Of a stretch of DNA of 64,000 nucleotides, positions 57,151 through 64,000 are shown piece after piece; within the stretch, counting starts at the first letter, position 1; each line of letters opens with the position of its first letter. Made by a program: the position numbers and the translations under genes. This DNA is from the human T2T-CHM13v2.0 reference genome, Homo sapiens. The notes under the pieces were generated by a model that saw only the letters and a list, made by a program, of their open reading frames with translations, did not search any database and had not been told where the DNA came from. The stretch lies in assembly GCF_009914755.1 (NCBI RefSeq), contig NC_060926.1; one strand, given 5' to 3'.

Positions 57151-57399
57151 TGTGACGGTTAATTTTATGTGTCAACTTGACTGGGCTGGAGGATGCCCAG
57201 ATATTTTGTTAAAGATTATTCTGGGTTTGTATGTGAAAGTGTTTCTGGATGAGATTAGCATTTGAATGGGTGGGCTCAGTAAAGTAGATTGCTCTCTCCA
57301 ACATGGGTGAGCATCATACAATTCCTTGGGGGCCTGAATAGAGCAAAAGGTGTAGGAAAGAGGAATTTGCTTCTTTTTATTCTGCCTCATTGCTTGAAC
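57151..57399 (+). mobile_element. MLT2 (C/D-like) ERVL LTR, 5' part
   Basis: Starts tgtgacggttaattttatgtgtcaacttgactgggct. Confidence 0.88.
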
Positions 57400-58143
<744 letters not shown>

Positions 58144-58149
58144 GTTCCC

Positions 58150-58440
58150 CAACTCAGCTCACTCGATCTCCACAATGCTTCTTCTGACGGCCTTCATCAT
58201 GTGTGGAGAGCTATCCTCTGTGCTACCACAGCCCTTGTGCCCTCCAGCCCCCATCACGGCACCAATGGTGTTGCACCATCTGTCTTTGCATCTAACTTGT
58301 CTGTTTTATTAGATTGTGAACACCTCATGTACAGGAACAATTGATTTATTTTCTGTTTCCGTAGCACCTACCACAGTATCTGGCACGTGGCATCAGGTGC
58401 TCCAGAAATGTCTGCTGAATGGGAATAAATGAATGAGTGG
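58150..58440 (+). mobile_element. L2 3' fragment
   Basis: tagattgtgaacacctcatg..gtagcacctaccacagtatctggcacgtggcatcaggtgctccagaaatgtctgctgaatg. Confidence 0.7.
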
Positions 58441-60507
58441 ATGGTCACTAGTGGATAAAAAGAAGCATTTTTAGGTCTCTGCCAACACCTCATAGTGGCA
58501 TTGCTTGGACATGACATTTTGGAAGCCTAGGTAACAGAAGAGTTCCGGAGGCCCTTTCTATTTAGACATCTGTCAAGCTGCTCGATTATGTCCAACAACT
58601 ACATTTGAATCCTTAAATGTAGTCCTGTCTCAGGGGCCAGATGCCAACCCCCTCTTAACACCAACAGTCACCTGTCCAGAGATGGTGGGGCCCCAAGTGA
58701 CTCTTGCGACAATAGCAAAGGGATTTCACTTTTCTGCTTAGCCTAGGTGAAAAAATGACTTGGACTCCTGAGGGCAGGACATAGGGTTCATATAACTCTT
58801 CAGCTGCAGCTTTGGTCACTTGGCTTGGCACACCTTTGGTGCTTACTAAATGTTTATTGAATGAATACATGAACCTGTAGTTATTAACAGTAACACTATA
58901 AAGTGCAAAATTCCATTTCAGAATGGAGAAATGCTAACAGGAAAAAATAAGCAACCTTTGGATTTTCAAATTACCAATGATTTTAAGTTCAGTGGGTGGA
59001 TAAAGTAATACTTTCTGTGACACCCTGTTACATAATGGACTCTGTATTCAGAGCTTTACACATATTCTCTGAGTTAATCTTTGCTAAAACTTTGCAAAAG
59101 ATACAGCTATCTTCACTTTATGGATGAAGAATTGAAGCTCAGAGAAGCTGGGCGATCTAAGTCCATGTAGCTGGAAAGCAGCATAGTTGGGACTGAAACC
59201 CTGAGCTGGTCTGAAACCAGAGCCTGTGCTGAGGTTACCTTTCCTACCTCTTGGGTCTTAGAATGTGTAGCTGGAGATCCAGAGACCCAGTTACCTAAAA
59301 GAAAGTAAGAATGATGTTAGACATTTAAACTCTGGCTCTGCTTGGAGAGCTCATTCAGCAGGACACCTTTGAATTCAAACCTGAATGCAATTTGTAGTAG
59401 GGCTTCCAGCATGAGGCAGGGACTAGTCACTTCCATTGCTGTTCTCCAGCCTCAGAGGGTATCGCAGGGCTGAGAATATCTTTGAAAAGGAAAGATCAAA
59501 GGCAGGCTCTGAATTTCAGATATTGTTTCAACCTTCAGCATTGCCCTCATTTTATTGCAGTTTGTGCACTTGTCTTCCTCTTAAAAGGTAATTTAGAAAC
59601 TACTTTACTTGGGTTAGATGGTTTCCTATTTGGTTGTGTGTGAGAATGCAACACATGTGAGATGAAATTAGCATTGCAGGCTCTTGACAGTTGTTTTATT
59701 AATTAGACTGCTTTATTTAGCAGACACTTTTCATATCATCCTTCCTCCTGCATATCCAGAGTAGGCAACTACTTATGTGTTATGAATTGAGGAGTGTTGA
59801 GAGGGGCTTCCTTGTCCAAAAACAGCTCTTCTACTAGCTGTCATCATACCTAGAGTCTTTCTGCAGGTGAGCCTCTGTGTCCTGGCCAGTGGTAAAGATT
59901 AAATGGACCACAGCAGGGAAGAAAGCAACCCCGGAAGTTTTACTTGGAAAAGATCTTAGAATTCCTCTTGTCCAAGCTTCCAGCTGGTCAGAAATCCTTT
60001 CTGTAGTATTTTCCAGATCTAGCCATCTAGCTGTCACACAAATGCTTCTAGTGACAGCAGTGGACACTCCTATGGTTAACTGGTCATACTGGTGAAAATG
60101 TTCATTCTTCTGTGGAGCCCAAAACTGTTTCTCTGGGTTTTCATGTAAACACATAAAATGTGTCTAAAATAATGATGACATATAAAGGTTAGTAGGCAGA
60201 TTCTGCCAACTGCATCCTTCTCCATTCTTCTGGGAGAGCACAGGGCTCTTCTTTAGATACCTTTCACTGTGGAGTCCATGTTTCTCCATCTGGTCTGAGA
60301 GCTTACATTAATAGTGATCACCATCCTCTCTAGCAAATTTGAATTTTTCCTCTCTGAGGATCTCTCTTTTATCTTTAAATGTTCTTTTAACATTCAGTGC
60401 TCTCTCATTTATCCTTAAAACAAAACTCAAAACCATCACTTGATCTTTCTATGCTTATTGGATATCAAATTCCAGGAATATAGAATGTATATTTTTTGCC
60501 TCAACTT

Positions 60508-60605
60508 CCATCCAGCCATTGATCCATCCATCCATCCATCCATCCACCCATCCACCCAACCATCCATCCATCCATCCATCCATCCATCCATCCATCCATC
60601 CATCC
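60508..60605. repeat. (CCAT)n tetranucleotide microsatellite
   Basis: About 20 ccat units with a few ccac/ccaa variants. Confidence 0.97.
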
Positions 60606-60759
60606 TTTTATATATCCAAATAGCTAAAAAAGAATATATAAGTGATATTTTATATAGTCATCTGTCTACACAGAAAAACATTTTCTAAGTTTTCACTAAA
60701 TGCCAGAAATAAGAGAGATATGCTCTGTGCTTAGGGTCATATGGAAACTGATGACAAAG

Positions 60760-60979
60760 CCTCATGTCTTTGAATAACAAAAGCCCTCTTGCCTGCCCTC
60801 AATTATGATTTTGCCCTTCCAGTCTCATGACAGGGTCTCTCCTTGGCAGAGTCTTAATGGGAACCATATTTGAAGAGGATTTGAGAAATGTGGTTCTCAG
60901 TCATCTAGCCTTTGCACTACATGGTACAGCTTATGAGGACAGAGGATGGGGATGGTGCAGAGTGCTGCCATTTAGCACA
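60760..60979 (-). mobile_element. ERVL 3' LTR fragment (LTR33-like group) with adjacent polypurine tract
   Basis: The minus strand reads ggccaggaagtggtc|TGTgctaaat (PPT-like tract at 60980-60994), then gaaccacatttctcaaatcc..ctctgccaagg..gagactggaaggg. Confidence 0.6.
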
Positions 60980-63190
60980 GACCACTTCCTGGCCTCCTCA
61001 GAATTCATAAACATGCTTCTAATCGTATTTAAACTTCCAAAGAACAACAACAACATGAATATGCTTATACCTAATAACAATACAACTATCTCTCCTACAA
61101 CAAAGATGCTTTCCATGGAACCAGAGGAGCAAAGTCATAGCAGCCACAGCACCTGGCCCTAAGGGATGTTCATGGCCCTTCTGCATCAGTCACAATTCTC
61201 CTTGAATATCGTATCACCTAAAGACTAAATTATAACGTTAAATAAACATCATTAACACACATTATATAAAATAAAGGAATAGGAGGGGAAAATAAATGGG
61301 TTAATATATACCAAATATATACAGACCCTTGAACAATGCATGGGTTAGGGGAGCTGATCCTCCGAACAGTCAAAAATCTGAGTATAACTTTTGACTTCCC
61401 CAAAATTTAGCTACTAAGAGCCTTCTGTTGACTGGAAGCCTTACTGACAACATAAATAGTTAATTAACACACATATTTTATGCTTTCATGACATACCTAA
61501 CATTTTCTTAATATTTTTTATATTTCTAGGCTACATAGTTCATCTTCAAGTCTTTTTAAATTATCATGAATCTCAAAAACATTCTCCAATATATTTATTG
61601 AAAAAAATCTGTGCATAAGTGGACCTGCATTGTTCAAACCCATGTTATTCAAGGGCCAACAATAAATAACAGTCAAGGGATATACATAGCTCTGCCCCCA
61701 ACTTATGCAAGTGGTTATGAGGCCATACTTGCCATTTTTAATTTTTGTTTTCCACTATCCATTCCAAATTTTCTTTGCCCTCAACAAACACTTTAGCTGA
61801 TCAAAGTTCTTTACCTGGTGGGACGACTGGAATCTTTACTCTTGAAGAGTCTGTATCCTTGGTGGTACCGACTGTCCTGGGTTGTCAGTACCTAATGACT
61901 TTTGATGTTGGGCACAAAATCGCTGCATGTTTCCCCAGGGAATACGATGGCTTCTTGATGCATACCTCACTGTCCTTATTGTTTAACAATGGCTCTGTTT
62001 TTCCTTTATAATTAAGAAATATCATTAAAGTTGGTACAGTAACTATTTTTTGCCTTTGATTTAGTGGAAGGCCAGATAGTCATCTCAACTTATGTTGAGT
62101 GGAACAATCGTTGTGTCCCTCATGAAAGCATTATTGCCTTGGGAACAAAGACTTCTAAAGCAGCAGACCCCAAAGTTATGGAGACATGAGGAAAAATGTC
62201 GCAAGTTTGTTATAGGAATAACAGTGAGAGTGGCTACTCTTTCATTGCTTTGATCTCCTACCCTTATATTTTGACAGTCAGAAAAACAGAGTCCTTAATT
62301 GGTTGCTGGTTCACAGCATACGCTGCATTTTATAGGATTGCTTCCCAATTCTGCATGGTGGTGTCTCTGAGCTAGTGCCACAACTAAGTTGTTAACAGGC
62401 CACTGCAATATTCTAGGATATTCAGTGGTTTCTGCATGATGGGAAAAATGGTAAGAACAGTGAACACCAAGGGCACAAGTCCATTGCCTTATTCATTCTG
62501 CTGAAATGAATTTCTTTGTGAGAAGCGATGTTATGTGGAAGCAATATGATGGCAATAATTAAGTCATTCAGTGGGTTCAGTGATGACAGTCCAGCAGAGC
62601 ATCAGGGACAGAGAAGACAAATCCAAATCACTAAAATAGAGCTGAGATGGATGAATTGACTCACTCTATTTTAGTGAGGACAAACTACTGACCCTTCACT
62701 AGAAGGGAACTGCCACCAGGTATCTGGCTGGTTCTTTATGGAACCATGCCATATTATGGACTCGGTTTCCATCCCTAATTTCAGCAGGTGGGGCATTTAG
62801 CAATGGTAACAGCCAGCAGAGATTGTATTGTTGAGCTGATGTGTAATGTCAATCCATGTCCTGGCCACACTGCTCAGCAGCCCATTGAGCAGGCACTGGG
62901 GAGTTGGGCAAAGACACTGACTTGCCTAGAAGGAATTATCATCTCCACTTGATTACTAGACCAACCTTTGCAGTAGATGCCCTTTGGTAAAGAGTCACAT
63001 GGGACACAGATATCTCCACACTCTGTGCTCCTTCTGGTAAGTTCATCTCCCTCCCTCTTCCTCAAAACTCTTTGCTAACATTTCTTTGATCTAACTCCTT
63101 TGAAACCTTCACCCATGTAGCCAAACCATTGGTTACAGCTCATGAATCAGTGTAGCTCTACACCTTTGGCCATCTCTCCTTCCAGGCACA
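60980..63190 (-). mobile_element. Decayed ERVL internal region: RNase H, integrase and dUTPase remnants
   Basis: The minus strand from about 63190 translates as CAWKERWPKV*SYTDS*AVTNGLATW, against ERVL RNase H WKEKWPDVRLYTDSWAVANGLAGW. Integrase FVLT-like codons at about 62680 and dUTPase-like gggacacaacgattgttccactcaac at about 62100. Confidence 0.8.
61320..61660. mobile_element. Tigger2-family DNA transposon inserted in the ERVL relic
   Basis: TIRs gacccttgaacaa / ttattcaagggccaac. Internal aaaaatctgagtataacttttgacttccccaaaa and gcataagtggacctgcattgttcaaaccc. Confidence 0.87.
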
Positions 63191-63191
63191 G

Positions 63192-63560
63192 TTTGATCCT
63201 ACAGGTTATAGTCATCTAACCAAAGTTGACTTCACAGCTAGACCACATTTTTAATGTAAGTGTTAGAACCCTGGTTGAGAAAGAGCAGGACCTGAGAATC
63301 AGAATGGGGATGTTTGCCTAGATTCTGATGAAGCTGATACTTTAGGCCTCCACTTTTTGCCAGGCTGTCTTTGTCAGCAGAAGAGGCCTCTTCTTGCCTC
63401 TCTGAAGAGGTCAGCTCTCCCTTGTGTGGGGACACTGTGATGTCCTTCCTAGGCCTTTCACTGATAAGGAGATGCAGATTTCCTCAAGGGCCATCCCTAT
63501 CGCCCTGCATTGCCTTCAGACTCTTAACTGTGGGTAGAGCCCCACAGACTCCAGGGAGAG
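63192..63560 (+). mobile_element. ERVL gag fragment, opposite in orientation to the flanking ERVL pieces
   Basis: ctggttgagaaagagcaggacctgagaatcagaatggggatgtttgcctagattctgatgaagctga resembles the ERVL gag segment LIGKEWDPETWNGDVWEDPDEAG. Confidence 0.68.
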
Positions 63561-63569
63561 AGAGAAGTG

Positions 63570-63860
63570 AGAGCTGTTGATGAGCTCAGCGGCTCATCGC
63601 CCAAGGGTGTGATTCATAGGGAAGGTTCCAGAAACTGTGCAGTGCCTCATGCTCATCTGCCAGCTGCTGGAACCATGATGGCTTCTGCTTCTTTTTCCAC
63701 CCCAGATCTTTCATGAGTGTTTCTCATTGGAAGATTCAAAAAAGGCACCATGCTAGCAAAACAGTCTGGGAAATGTGGGTTTTGGCCTCTGCCTATGTGC
63801 CATAGGGGAGAGCCTAGGATAGCAGAGATAGTGACAAGGGCTGACAGCCATTTTCACCTT
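63570..63860 (-). mobile_element. ERVL LTR fragment (LTR33-like)
   Basis: Minus strand: cagaggccaaaacccacatttcccagactg..ttccaatgagaaacactcatgaaagatctgggg. Confidence 0.6.
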
Positions 63861-63915
63861 GCAGGACCTGGTACCTAAGGCACTCACTTGTGAGCAGAAG
63901 CAGAGGTGGTGTTAG

Positions 63916-64000
63916 TGTAACTGCCCAATAGGTTCTCCTTGTCTGCTGCCTAGACAGAGCCTATTTATCAAGACAGGAGGATTGCAATAGAGAAAGAGTT
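63916..64000 (-). mobile_element. LTR8-like ERV1 LTR, running off the window edge
   Basis: tgtaactgcccaataggttctccttgtctgctgcctagacagagcctatttatcaagacagg..ttgcaatagagaaagagtt. Confidence 0.8.

Overview
This is primate (human-like) non-coding genomic DNA, either intronic or intergenic. I recognise no protein-coding exon, RNA gene, CpG island or CRISPR array, and I cannot name the locus. The ORF track is mostly chance ORFs or pieces of repeats. Much of the window is transposon-derived: a 5'-truncated L1PA with a perfect 15-bp TSD, six Alus with TSDs, long L2 relics, MIRs, MaLR/ERVL/ERV1 LTRs, DNA-transposon fossils and two decayed ERVL proviruses. The less ordinary signal is a set of apparent local repair or replication-error scars. 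These are three same-orientation duplicates lying 1-2 kb apart, a short interstitial telomeric repeat, fold-back insertions in an Alu and in an ERVL integrase, an inverted gag block in one provirus, and several tandem duplications. They fit known mechanisms, and I do not see convincing evidence of a new biological system. Repeat subfamily names come from recalled consensus sequences, not database searches. Boundaries of old repeats are approximate.
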